A DNA stretch of 64,000 nucleotides from Carcharhinus longimanus (lineage: Eukaryota), in assembly GCA_030264375.1 (NCBI GenBank), contig JASCQW010000132.1, positions 78,561,042 through 78,625,041 of the forward strand, given 5' to 3'. Both the position numbers and the translations under genes were made by a program. Under the pieces are notes generated by a model, which saw only the letters and a list, made by a program, of their open reading frames with translations, had not been told where the DNA came from and did no database searches. Each line of letters opens with the position of its first letter. Positions within the stretch are counted from its first letter, which is position 1. This document shows positions 50,708 to 62,859 of the stretch, one piece after another.

Positions 50708-53700
50708 ACACTCCTCTCCATTACTTCCTACCCACCTTGGTAAACATTGTGTCTAAGTTGTTTATGAGATGGAATGAAAGAATAAAAAATCTTACATCAC
50801 TTTATTGGGACAAACGGTCACTACAGAGGATTCCTGGGCAGCACTTCAAGTGAAATCATGAGCCTTGGAAGAATTCGATACTGTACAAGGTCAGAATATG
50901 TGCCAAAGCCGAGAGCTTACAGAACACCACAACTTATTTTGTTAAAAAAAACTTGCCTTTACTAACACTCCAACTCACGGTTTATAACATAATTTGCCTT
51001 CTAGATAGAAGGTTATTGCAATAACATTGACAGAAGATGGCTTGACAGCCTTTTGCTGCATAGCCCCGCGGTGTTGTCACCCTTATTGATCACCACAAAG
51101 CAGCAGGGTTCTGTCATCGCCGAACAACGCTCTCAGGAACAGTTTTAGTAATATCCTGAGCGATAGTACTGATCTAGACCCAACAACGTCCATCCACGTG
51201 GAGCGTTATACAACTCGCTCTTATTCCGGCGGGGCAGCTCTTCAGTGAGTTGACTCTATCCTGATCGCTTTTGGCGCGGACACAATTTAACCAGATGATC
51301 GAATAGAAGTGCAAACTCCAACTTTTCAAAAACTGTTTGTTCGTCATTTCTGTAAGTCGAAGTTATTTGGTGAATCATTTAAAATGCTACAAGTCATGGA
51401 TTCGCCCTCGGGGGAAAGCAAGGGCGGAGGAGCTTTTCAATAATGTGGATACTCCATTCGAATACTGTTCAGCTAGAGAGTTATCAAAATAATGACTGGA
51501 ACATGTTACTCCACAATACAAAGCTGCAACTTCCTTTGGCAGGACACACAAATTACATCACACGGGGATTTAAAAGAAACAGCTCCAAAAAATAAACTAC
51601 CGAGGAAGGCTTTGCATGCAATCCAAATTTTGAAGAGTTATCTATAGGGATACTAAGTCATGCAGTATACAACGGGGTTGGATGGAATTATTAATGCAGC
51701 CACAAATGCCACACAACCACCGTCCTCTAACCTAGAGCTGTGGCAATTCATATTTCAAGCAACGCATAACACTTTCAATTGTAAACTGTCGTGCACTCAT
51801 TTTTGTGAAAAAAAACCTTGCTTAAACATTGGCTTTTCGTTTCTTAAATAAGGCTTCGNNNNNNNNNNTATTTTGATAAGCCCAGGCCACCCCCTACCCC
51901 CCTAGCCCACCCACGCCCCCCACCCCCCCGTCCCCCCAACCACCACCACTTCCTCGACCGCTGACTTTTAAGAGGATCCGTGAGGATTTTAAAACGTTTC
52001 TGAGGAAATAAAACCGTGGTGGAGGTCTGGTTCTGAGGCTTTGAATGAAGCCTGTGCAGGCCTAGATATGGAATTCTCTGTGACCCTTGTTCAATGCAGT
52101 GCAACTTAATGTCCAATGTTGGGGATGGAGATGGGGGGGGGGGGAGCGGTGTGGAGCGGTACATGCTATCATCAAATGTCCCCTTTACTTATTTAAAACG
52201 GTTGAAGATAAAATCTACCTTCGGTATAATGTAGCCGTTTAAAATTGTTTTCTGAAATGAACACTAACACAATCCATATTGTACATTTTTTTTTGGGGGG
52301 GGTGCTGAGTTGACAGAGATTTAATGCGGGTTATATTTTGGGCAGTTTTTTTGAGAGGGGTTGAAAATCAGACTTTGGGCCTACACACGGGGGAGGGTGG
52401 AGGACTCAGTGTAGTTTTAAAAGTGTGACGGAATGTAGATCTCTGGACAGGTCTTTGATGTGTGATGAAATGTCAAAGACAGACGAACAGCAATTGATGC
52501 CGAAGCCATATAAAATCGAGCTGTGGAACTCACATTCCCAGGATCGACAGGAATGTGGGAATTACTGTATCCACAATAACTCAGACCTACTACTTTAATC
52601 TCCACTTGATCCTAATTCATTGCTTTCTCCCTTTACAAGCAATGCACATACATTATCCTATAGATGTAACATTTAATACCAAACTATTTGAACCTTGCTC
52701 TCACCGAATCGAACCGAAAAAGCATTGCTCGATTCGGGTAACCATACGTATTTTCATGGTAACGAATGAAAACGAACACCCCTTTAAGCGAAAAATGAGC
52801 AACAAATTGAACCCTTTTGATATCAAAACACCCAAGAACGAATGCTGTAAAATAATGAAATTCCTCGGCAGCCAATCCATCAATTAGAAAGCAAATAAGG
52901 CTATCACCCTGTGTGGTAATATCTAGCGCAAGAGTAACATTACAAAAACATTTCTACTATGTATTACCATTGGCATACTCTTTATTGGAAAAATCGAGAG
53001 CTGTAAGAAAGTAGCAAAGAGCCTGCCCCCATGACTTGCTGGTCTGTTAAGCTTAGGGTTTTGTTAGATTACACCATTTGGAATAACCCTTCACAAAGCC
53101 AAACCTTTCCGCCTTTGTACAGATCTACCCTTCCACTGCGCGAACCGTTCAGCTTGAATATGAAGGATTTAAAACTGCCATATATATGTGTGCAGCTTAA
53201 CATAATGAGAGACAAATGTTTTAAACACGCTGTTTAGATTATACATCTGAAGCACATAAACATCTTATTTCATTACCAGCGAAATAAATAAGGTATTCTT
53301 TTTTAATCTGCATTTTGGATAGTGTAAAAAATATTCGCACTATACAATTCGTTCCAAGGAATTAGATAGAATAACCTATATCGTGCTTTCATAAATACTC
53401 TACTTGGTTCCTTAAATTCTGCACCTAACTCCCTTCCAAAGAAGTTATTATGTCACGTGTTTTAAGATGTTTATGTTCCATAGTCCATGCACAATATTAA
53501 TATCAGTCTGTGAAATATAGCTTTAATTCGCAAATACCTTCTGAATTCACAAACTAGTTTATCGACAAATGGTGGGGCGCGAATCGTTCTTTTGGTCTTC
53601 ATTTCGCAGCCCGGAGTTATGGCTAAGCAAATACTGCAGTATTGACATGAATCCAGGTCTTGAAAGCAACATAACATTGCTGTGCATGCTTTTAATTATA

Positions 53701-53954
53701 GCCTGTTAAAAGGTCAATAATCTGCCCGTGTTTGACGGTGTTCACCCTTTCTCCCTCTCATTCCAGCTCACTCGTCTTTGTCTGTCAGTAGCGGTTCTAT
53801 TTGTCTTTTGTGCACCGTTTGTTTGTTAGATTCCACTCTCCCCTGGGGGCCGTTACAACTTACTACAAACAGCTATTCATCATCAAGTTTACCCCTTAAG
53901 TAACAACCGGATTAAACCGTAAAATAGCCGTATGTGTATATAATTTTGCCTTAA

Positions 53955-54563
53955 AGTTTAGATCATAGGTATTTATTGCAGAAAATATACATAGATATTT
54001 ACAAAACAATCAAAAAATATGAATGCATTTAGACACCAGATCTTTATGCATTGAGACATGGCACATTAATAAATAAATAAATGTTTTTTTTTCAAGAGAG
54101 GAAAGACTAACCAACTGGATTTTTTTTTGCAAGAACAGTTTGGTCCATTTTCTAAAACTTATCGGCACTCTAGACCAGGTCATGGTAGTAGTTTTGGGAA
54201 AAAAAGAAATTAAAATAAATCATCTTTCCTGCGTCCTCAATAGCAGATATAGACATGATTGTTGAAGGCATGCATAGTAAAGGAGGAATGAGTTCCAACA
54301 ACATTCATCGTCTGGATAAAATGATGCGAATGGCAAAATACACCTCAGATGTACAAATGATTGTATTGCCGCACGATTGGATGGGTCCACGTCCAGGGCT
54401 CCATTTCTGTAAGTGCTTCCCACGCCCTTTCCATTAGTGTTTTTTTTAAAAAAACTTTCCTCTTATGATCCATCAGTGGCAAAGATCAACGTGTTTAAGT
54501 ATCCAGACGTCAAACTCTGTTGTCTGTCCAGCCGTTGGCCCTTTTGTGACAAATCTTTTTCAC
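53955..54563 (-). other. TWIST1: twist1 exon 2 (non-coding 3'UTR)
   Basis: Minus-strand acceptor 'tgctgttttcctag|GTG' at 54564/54563. Contains 'AGGGCGTGGG..GCACTT' and terminal blocks that match my recollection of the mammalian TWIST1 3'UTR. Confidence 0.75.
53972..53977 (-). terminator. TWIST1: twist1 polyadenylation signal AATAAA
   Basis: Minus strand '...tgtatattttctgcAATAAAtacc' at the end of the conserved terminal block. Confidence 0.8.
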
Positions 54564-55270
54564 CTAGGAAAACAGCAATGGATTACACTGAGATTAGCGA
54601 GCCAAGGGACCACTGCTTTTGGCACCTCTATTTGTCAGGGGAGTGAGGGTGGAGGTGGTGTTTGCGGGAGATGTGGAAGACCTCAATTTAGGTAAAGTGT
54701 TGCATCCCGCAATTGTGGATTGGGTATACTTTTTTTAAAGCCTATTTAGCGTTCTGGAACTAATACCTGCGCCCAGTGATGGTTTTGGACCATGGGTTTG
54801 GAAACTGCCTTCTAGAAAGGTCAGAAAGTGAAAGTTGTTGAATTTTTACAGTGGCAGATGGAGTTAGGAGGAGTGAAGAAGTGAAGGGAATCGTTCCTGA
54901 TGAGAAATGGAGATACATGTGTCTGAGTGGGGAAGCGGGTGTGGGGGGCGGGGGCAGAGAAGGAAATAAGGAACAGACCCCAGAAAAAAAAGCAGGATGA
55001 AGGAGGAAGTGGAAACCTGGATTTTAAAAAAACAAAAATAAACCAGCAAGAAGGAGAAACAGCAAACACCGTTTCCAAAATAAATCTACAAACATGCTAA
55101 AAATAGTTGCATTTGGATTAAATGTTCCGCTGAATTGTCATTTTAGTCAAAATATTTCCAACCTGGACACACAGGGGACGTGAAGAACCGCCTCCCCTTT
55201 CCTGAGCAGTTAATAAGCGTCTTTTGTTTTGGTGAAGCACATTTAATAAGTGTGCCAATCTGATGCTTAC
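54564..55270 (-). other. TWIST1: twist1 intron (707 nt) inside the 3'UTR
   Basis: Donor AAAG|GTAAGC lies 20 nt after the TAG; pyrimidine-rich acceptor at 54564; same layout as mammalian TWIST1. Confidence 0.8.
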
Positions 55271-55290
55271 CTTTGTCCTAAGGGTGGTTG

Positions 55291-55776
55291 CTAATGTGAT
55301 GTGGACATGGACCAGGCTCCCTCCATCCTCCACACAGAGAAAGCGTAACTGAGTCTCTCGTGCGCCACATAACTGCAGCTCGACATTTTGTTGTCCAGCT
55401 CGTCACTTTGTAAGACCTGGTAAAGGAAATCTATGTACCTCGCCGCGAGCTTGAGGGTCTGGATTTTGCTCAGTTTGTCCGACGGTAGGGTGGGAATGAT
55501 TTTGCGCAGGGCTGAGAAGGCTTCGTTGAGGGATTGTGTCCTCTGGCGCTCCCTTACATTGGCCATGACCCTCTGGGTTTGCAGTTCTTCGAAGGACTGG
55601 GGGCTGCCGTCTCTCTTCTTGCCCCTTTTGACTGACGCGGGGCTGTCCGTTTCCTCTCCAGATTTCCTGCTCGGTCGCCTCTTTCTGACACTTTTCTTCA
55701 GCTGCCTGTCTCCTTCGTCCTCACTGTTGCTCAGGCTCTCTACTGGAGAGACTGGGGAGTTTTCTTCGTCCTGCAT
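55291..55776 (-). CDS. TWIST1: Twist-related protein 1, bHLH transcription factor (161 aa from ATG 55776; 166 aa from upstream in-frame ATG 55791)
   Basis: [19 protein letters not shown]...RKRR...KRGKK...[55 protein letters not shown] (bHLH) plus WR motif [28 protein letters not shown] and SDELD fit TWIST1 rather than TWIST2; synteny with HDAC9 agrees. Confidence 0.97.
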   Translation of the reverse strand: MQDEENSPVSPVESLSNSEDEGDRQLKKSVRKRRPSRKSGEETDSPASVKRGKKRDGSPQSFEELQTQRVMANVRERQRTQSLNEAFSALRKIIPTLPSDKLSKIQTLKLAARYIDFLYQVLQSDELDNKMSSCSYVAHERLSYAFSVWRMEGAWSMSTSH

Positions 55777-55954
55777 GATGACTTCTAACATCGGTTTAAA
55801 GAAACGAAAGGGTGTAATATTGGGATATCCAGCAGCTGACAGCCGCAGCGCGGTTACAGGGGTCGACTTAAATCAAATGAATTATCAAAAGCAGCTGAAC
55901 TTATCCAAACGATGACTTCTGAGAGACGGCTCTGAATTACAGGAAACTTTTCAA

Positions 55955-56012
55955 AGGGGTAATATAGCTCTGGGTGCCTGGATCTTTTGGAAGATGGACC
56001 TGATTGGCTATT
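55955..56012 (-). promoter_or_regulatory. Candidate twist1 core promoter: CCAAT box (56003-56007) and TATA-like element (about 55960-55967)
   Basis: Minus strand 'tagCCAATcag...cagagcTATATTAcccc', about 40 nt apart and about 190 nt upstream of the ATG. Confidence 0.6.
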
Positions 56013-58369
56013 ATGAATTTTCATCACCAAATGAGGTGGAGCCTTGTTGCAAAGACCGTCAGTTAACAGATTCACTGCAGCAAATATTTTAAACACAGCC
56101 TTCTATAGCGACTGCTGGCGTCATCCTTCCATACAGAATATTCTTTAAAAAGGGAAAACACTTGACATTTGCTTATCAATTTAACGAATGATTATGTTAG
56201 TGGCTTCAGTTCAGATATGCTCAGAACCTCTCGATTGCTCATTCCTGTTGCTTTTAGTGGATTGATTTGTTTTGGAGTGGGTTTATGGCATGATGTGCAT
56301 TTTCTTTATACATATATAAATTATGTGTAAGGCAGATAAAAACCATTCCCAGCGGGATTGCTGCACATATGTTGATAACTTCAAAAAAACACACGTATTT
56401 AGGGCAAAAGTATCTACAAGCTTGGCCGAAAAGTGATATGAAGATGATCCGAAACGTGTTTGGCGGTTTATACAATAAAATATTAATTCAGATCCTCAAC
56501 AGTTTGTTCCATCTTCTACCATCTTTATTAATTCATTGACGATTATCCCGTCCCCGCCAACCACTATATTGGTATCAATAACATATTCCATGTAATTCTT
56601 GGCAATGAATTAAGAAGGAAACACACAATTCACCCGCCCTTTTTCTGTAAAGGAATTTTTTTTGTACTTTGGGTTTGGGTTTTTTTTAACAAAAAAGATA
56701 TTCCACCTACAAAACACACTCTTTCCCTCGAAAGGGTGGCTTCTCACTTCAGGTCAAACGTCCTGCACATTGGGACACGAGCTTGCACGAGTGTAAACCA
56801 TCTATCCCAAGGGTGAGGCGATTGTTTCTGCTGCCTTGCGTGGACGTCTAATAAGGACCCGCATAACTTGAAAAGCAAAATGGAAACAAATAAATTGACA
56901 AAAAGGCAAAGAACGGTAAAGTGCAATTAATCGCAACAAGAATCAAATTAAATGGCTTCGTTGCTGAATGAATGAAACGAGAAGATGAATTGGCGAAAAG
57001 AGCTCGTCAGAGCAAATGGAGAGATAACATCAAACAGGGGCAGACATGATTACAATCTAACAGTTGACAGCATTTGATTATCTATTTCACCGTGGATTCA
57101 AAACGCTAGGCCCGAAATAATGTCCATTTTAAATACAGAAAGGATACCTGTGCAGTGCAACAACAACATCAACAAGAAAAATCATTGAATGCTTTCCTTG
57201 AAATCCCCAGCCGGATACATCAACTTTATTTCTTCAGGGACAAGGAGTTTTCGTGCAAAGTTCCAGACACAGCGGGATCCCCGAGCAACAGTCAAACTGT
57301 GAGGCCCAAACGCAACATAAACATTACCTGGTGAGAGAAAAAGAGGAAAAGCGTCCAAGAACAGCACATAAAACGGCTTAATGTGAGCTGGTGCCGTTTA
57401 AAGTTGCCTATATGGTATGCCATTAATCGTTGTCAGTATTCCTAAATGACCAGTAGTAATTGTTCACCAGGGGCATTGAACTTCTCCTGTGTAACGGCTT
57501 CGTTTCAATCAAATAAAATAATCCTTGGTGCATTAGGAGAATGGAATCAGTTTTATACACATAAACACAGATATACATAAACACACGCTGTATAGGTAAC
57601 ACGTATTTGCACTTATAATGCAGTTTAATTTATTAACAGTATTTATTTATACATTTCCAACTTGACTGGATAATATATATTTAAACAATAGTTTTTTTGT
57701 TGCTATACACACTTTAAGAACACCATAACTTTTCCATTCGAGAACATTTTTAATCATTAAGAATACTTGGTGATAGCTCGTCGCCCACCGCACCCCCCCC
57801 CCCCCTCCTCCCCCCGCTCCACATAACAGTATCGATTAATAGTAACCGGGGTAACTGCATCGGCTTCTGTCTAAAAAATATCCTGGAGAGTTGCAATAGG
57901 AATCAATTTTCTCTTTAACTTTCCAAAAAGGGAGTGTAACAAAGCTCCGTCTATGAATATGTCCCGCCAGCAGTTCAAACGGCTCAATTTTTAGCAAGTT
58001 TAAGCACCACTAACTCAAAATTTCAAATGCATAAAGTTGAAGTTTTAATCGTTCACTAATTGCACCAACCAACTGTGAGCGACAGAGGGCGGAATTTCCT
58101 AGAAAAAAAAGTCTTAAAGAGAAACGTGACATTGGAAGTGAAAGAGAGCTAACTTTTCTAGTCCAATTCTGTCTGGCTGTCCTAATGACTCTTATTCACG
58201 CCTATAATCCACGAATGAGACTGCCAAGAACTCAGCCAGTTGTAAAACTAGAGGGTGCAAAAGCTATCTGCTGCTGAAACTCTCATTTATTCCTTTATTT
58301 CCTCTACTCTTGAATATTCCAATGCACTCCTGTCTGGTCACTCACATTTCTACCATCTGTAAACTACAG

Positions 58370-60550
58370 GCGGGGAAATTCCAGTCCTAAAGAGGTAAAG
58401 GGGCATCATAAAACTTTTAAAGACAATAACATGCAAAAATGCACAAACTGGCACAGATTTGGAAACTGAGAGATATACAAAACTGGTCGTAGATGCTTCA
58501 AAAGGGATTATGAAAAGAAACTTACACAGGATTTTAAAATCAATAAAAATACTTTTAAAATTATAGTAAGAAAAAGTAGATAATCAGGAACAATGAGATC
58601 TCTTAAAAACTGATCAATTGATGTTTTAAATGAAAATAAAGAACTGGTGGGAATTGTTGAGTACTTCGCTTGAGTCAATATTTACTGTAGAGTAAGAAGA
58701 TAGCATATTGGACATCCAAGAAAACTAATATTGAAAGGGGACAAGGATTCACCAAAATTAACATTAACAAAAGAACAGGAAAGAAGAAAATAATTAAGAG
58801 CAACAGCTCACCAGGACCTGATTGTTTCCATCCCAAGGATTTAAGGGAAGTAATTGAGAACGTTGTGGATGCCCTAACTATAATCTTGATTGAGAAGCAT
58901 TCCTTTTGATTGGAAAACTGAGCATGTTGTTCAAGAAAGGTGATAGAGGGAAACCATGGAAGTCTAGGCTTGTTTGACCAATGTCTGTTGTCAAGAAATT
59001 ATAATATATGATTAAAGATAGTGTGACAGAACACCTTAAATTTTTAGCTGATCAGAGAGCGCCAGTGTGAATTTGTCAAAACTCTGTCCAGCCTGGAGAA
59101 CATAGTTGAATTTTGTGAAGAGGTGACTAAAGTACTGGATGAGGGAATGTCTATGGATGTTATTTATATGGATTTCCAGAAGATATCTGATAAAGCCCCT
59201 CATAAGAAATTATTACCAAAGCTGAACTTCATGGAATTGAAGAAAATTATTGACTTTTTTTGGAAATTGTTTGACAGGAAACAGAAACTAGAGATAAGGT
59301 GCTCTAATTGCCAAGATGTGGCTAGTGGTGTCTTGCAAAGACCTCTGCTGGATTCTCAACTATCCATCATATTTATTAATGACTTAGGTAGTAATAGGAT
59401 AAACGGTCACATATTCAAATTTGCTGAAGACACAAATATAGGTGATATTGTGAGCTATGGATGTGACAGTGTAAATTTACAAAGCGATGTTAATTAATAA
59501 AACAAATGGGTAAAACTGAAGTTCATTGTAGGCAAAATGTGAGGTCATCAACTTTGACCAGAAAAAGATGGAAGAGTATTTCTAGTTAGTGAAAAGCTAG
59601 AACCATTGGAAATCCAAATTGACCTCAGGGTCCATTTATACAGAGATTTAAAATATTATGGATCAGTGCAGAAAATAATAAAGATGACCAGCGGAATGCT
59701 GGAATAAAAACAGGAAGTTCTGGAAAACTCATCAGGTCTGACAGCATCTGTGGAGAATGAAACAGCATTAACATTTTGAGTCTGTATGATTCTCCTTCAG
59801 AGTTTACTTTTCAAGTTCCTTTGATTTTTCACAGACTCAAAGCATTAGCTCTATTTCTCTCTGCACAGATGTTGCCAGACCTGTTGAGATTTCCAACATT
59901 TTCTGCTTTTATTTCAGATTTCCAGCATCCATGGTATTTTGCTTTTATTTTCATGGAATGCTAGTCTTTATGTCTACGGGACTAGAGAACAAGAGGTTAA
60001 TTTTATTACAGCTAAACAAAACTCTGGCTAGACCACATCTGTGAGCACTCTGAACACCACACCTCAGAAAGATGTATTGGCCATGGAGGGAATTGGATTT
60101 ATCAAATGATACCTACATTTCAAAGGCTAAATTAGGAGGGGAAATTATACATACTTGTGTTGTATTCCCTGGAATTTATAAAATTGATAGATGAATTGAT
60201 CAAAGTTTTCAGGATATTAAGGGGAACAGATTGGGTCGACATAAACTAATTCCACTTGTAAGGGGGATGAGGGACATTGTCTAAAAATAGACTCTTTGGG
60301 ATTGTAATTAAAAAACATTTTTACATACAAAAGATGGGATAAGTTTGGAATTCTCTGCAAATAGTAATTGATGGTAGGTTAATTGTTAATTTTAAATTTG
60401 AGATTGATAGATTTTTGTTACCAAAGGTTTACAAGGACGTGAGCAAAGGTGGATATAAGAATTTAGATCATAGTTCAATCATGATCTCAGTAAGTGCCAG
60501 AACAGAGTGGATGGGCCAAGTGGCTTGCTCATGTTTCTATGTTCTTATGA
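58370..60550 (+). mobile_element. Old CR1 LINE ORF2 (RT) and 3'UTR, interrupted at 59701-59954
   Basis: ORF 59123-59497: DVIYMDFQKISDKAPHKKL...VASGVLQRPLL...IFINDL...KFAEDT (RT motifs); tail 'ggcttgctcatgtttctatgttcttatg'. Confidence 0.9.
59701..59954. repeat. Hairpin (two-arm) copy of the 'gcagcatctgtggag' repeat inserted in the CR1
   Basis: Arms of about 85 bp ('...ttttgagtctgt' / 'acagactcaaag...') around a ~45 nt loop; flanking direct repeat GGAATGCT at 59693-59700 and 59955-59962. Confidence 0.85.
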
Positions 60551-61841
60551 ATAAATCATCTGGGTAATTGTACAACATGGCTTTGCAGCAGGCTGAAGTT
60601 TTACAGCACTCAGCACAATCTGTTATGTGGCATGAGACTACTTCCGTGTCTTGTACATTGTCTCATGTTCTTGGTTTTGCATCCCATAAATAAGTGACCG
60701 AATGTTTGAGTTTTTCTGACTTTTATTCATCCATGCGTACTAAAACTTATTTGCACGAGCAGAAGATAGGCATACTTTGTTTTGGCAAAACAGGGAAAAG
60801 AAACAATGGTATTGTATCACATTGGGATTTCATAATTTCTTACTATACAAAGTAGTAAATTAAAATAAAGCAAGAATGGTGTGATAGGATCATAGCAAAT
60901 AGTCTGCTGTTACATATTGGAATGATATCCTTCAGTTTTATGACTAGATTTGAAAACTATCCCAGAGACAGAAAGAGAGGAGATAAAGGTTTCTTCCTGC
61001 CTTCCAGCTGCCCCAGTAAATGTCCCAAACTATGTTGCAGCACTATTGGCCTCAAGAGTTCACAGACAGAACACAAATATACAATTGGAATGTCTATTTG
61101 GAGCATTAGGTGGCGCTCTGCAAAGGAACTGACATTCTTCACCTATAGCTCCTGAAAGTGAAGATTGATACATAGACACAGATTAAACATTCCTTTACCT
61201 ATCGCTGCACCGTTAACCTTGGTAAACAACTGACACATGTTAAATACATGTGAAAATCAAACATATACCGTAAATCCCTCATACATGTTGAAGGTTAATT
61301 AATAAACATTTACAAACATGTAAAGTAAAATTTAGGCTTTACCTTTGTAAAAAGCAAAAAAAGCTATGGATGTTGGAAATCTTAACTAAAATTACATAGC
61401 AGGTAAGATATCACCCGTCAAAATAAAAGACAGACTATCGCTAAAAGGCAAATTGGTATGTTAATAAGATTGGAAAAACAGAATGGTGAAGTGCATGTTT
61501 CAAGTGCAAAAAGATAATTAATCAAGATATTTGCAAATTCTATCATGAAATGATTATCAACTGATATTAAAAATGACCAGTGAGATGAGGGAGGGAGAAA
61601 ATAAGAGCAAATTAATATGCACACAGTTGGTGCATGAAAAATTTTGAAAGAAAATGGGGAAGTGCTGAAAGACTTGTCTGATCTTACCTAAAGTAGCAGT
61701 ATGGAGACTAACAATGGTCATAGCATTTCTATATTATAGGGGGAATGATTGTTTCAGCTTCTTTATTCTGATCTTTATCCAATTTACCCTTTCCGGAAGT
61801 TTACATGTGGATGCTAGGTGAGGATAGAATCATGCTCATTT

Positions 61842-62161
61842 ATAGAATCCTACAGTGCAGAAGGAAGCCATTTGGTGCATCAAGTCTGCACAGACCACAG
61901 TCCCACCCAGGCCCTATCCCTGTAACCCCATGCATTTACTCAAGCTAGTCCCCCTGACACTAAGGTGCAATTTAACATGGCCAATCAACCTAACCTGCAA
62001 TCTTTGGACTGTAGGAAGAAATTGAAGCACCCAGAGGAAACCCACACAGACACGTGGAGAATGTGCAAGCTCCACAAAGCCAGTGACCCAAGCCAGGAAT
62101 TGAATCAAGTTTCCTGGCGTTGTGAGGCAGCAGTGCTAACCACTGTGCCACTATGCTACCC
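61842..62161 (-). mobile_element. HE1/V-SINE with CR1-type tail
   Basis: Full-length reverse complement with tRNA head, V-domain and 'cttctgcactgtaggattctat' tail. Confidence 0.9.
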
Positions 62162-62277
62162 CAGTACTAACCACTATTTGTAAAATGCCCTGTAGTCAAA
62201 TGACTTTCTGATGCACAATGTTAAGGAAACATGAATGATGGCCATCTGGAAGAAGAACCAAAGGGTGACTAGCTCTT

Positions 62278-62612
62278 AGAAGCCATATAAGCCCTGCAGT
62301 GCAGAAAGAGGCCATTTTGCCCATTGAGTCTGCACCGACCACAATTCCACCCAGGTCCTACCCCCACATTTTTATCCACTAATCCCTCTAACCCACGCAT
62401 CTCAGGACACTAAGGGGCACTTTTAGCATGGTCAAGCAACCTCACCTGCACATCTTTGGACTGTGGGAGGAAACCGGAACACTTGGAGGAAACCCACGCA
62501 GACATGAGGAGAATGTGCAAATTCCACACAGACAGTAACCCAAGCCAGGAATCGAACCCAGGTTCCTGGAGCTGTGAAGCAGCAGTGCTAACCATTGTGC
62601 TACTGTGCCACC
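62278..62612 (-). mobile_element. HE1/V-SINE with CR1-type tail
   Basis: Second full-length minus-strand copy next to the previous one. Confidence 0.9.
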
Positions 62613-62859
62613 CATCTTGGAACTTGTTACCAACAAGTCAAATGCTAGAGTTGAAGAGGAAAATGGGGGTGCGGGTGTACAGACAAATTGTTGCTGAAAA
62701 TGAGAAAAGAAAAACAGAATAATTATATTAATAAAATTGTGTTTATCAAGAAATTTCTGCCTAACAAGTTGATAATTTTTCATGAAAGTGCAAAGGATAT
62801 GATTGATAGACTATGTGTGATGTGACTAGACCATTCAGCAGTGAAAAGATACAGTACCA

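Noticed and set aside
55433-55915. 160 aa + strand ORF overlapping twist1
   Set aside because: Antisense shadow of the twist1 coding sequence; no recognisable domain.
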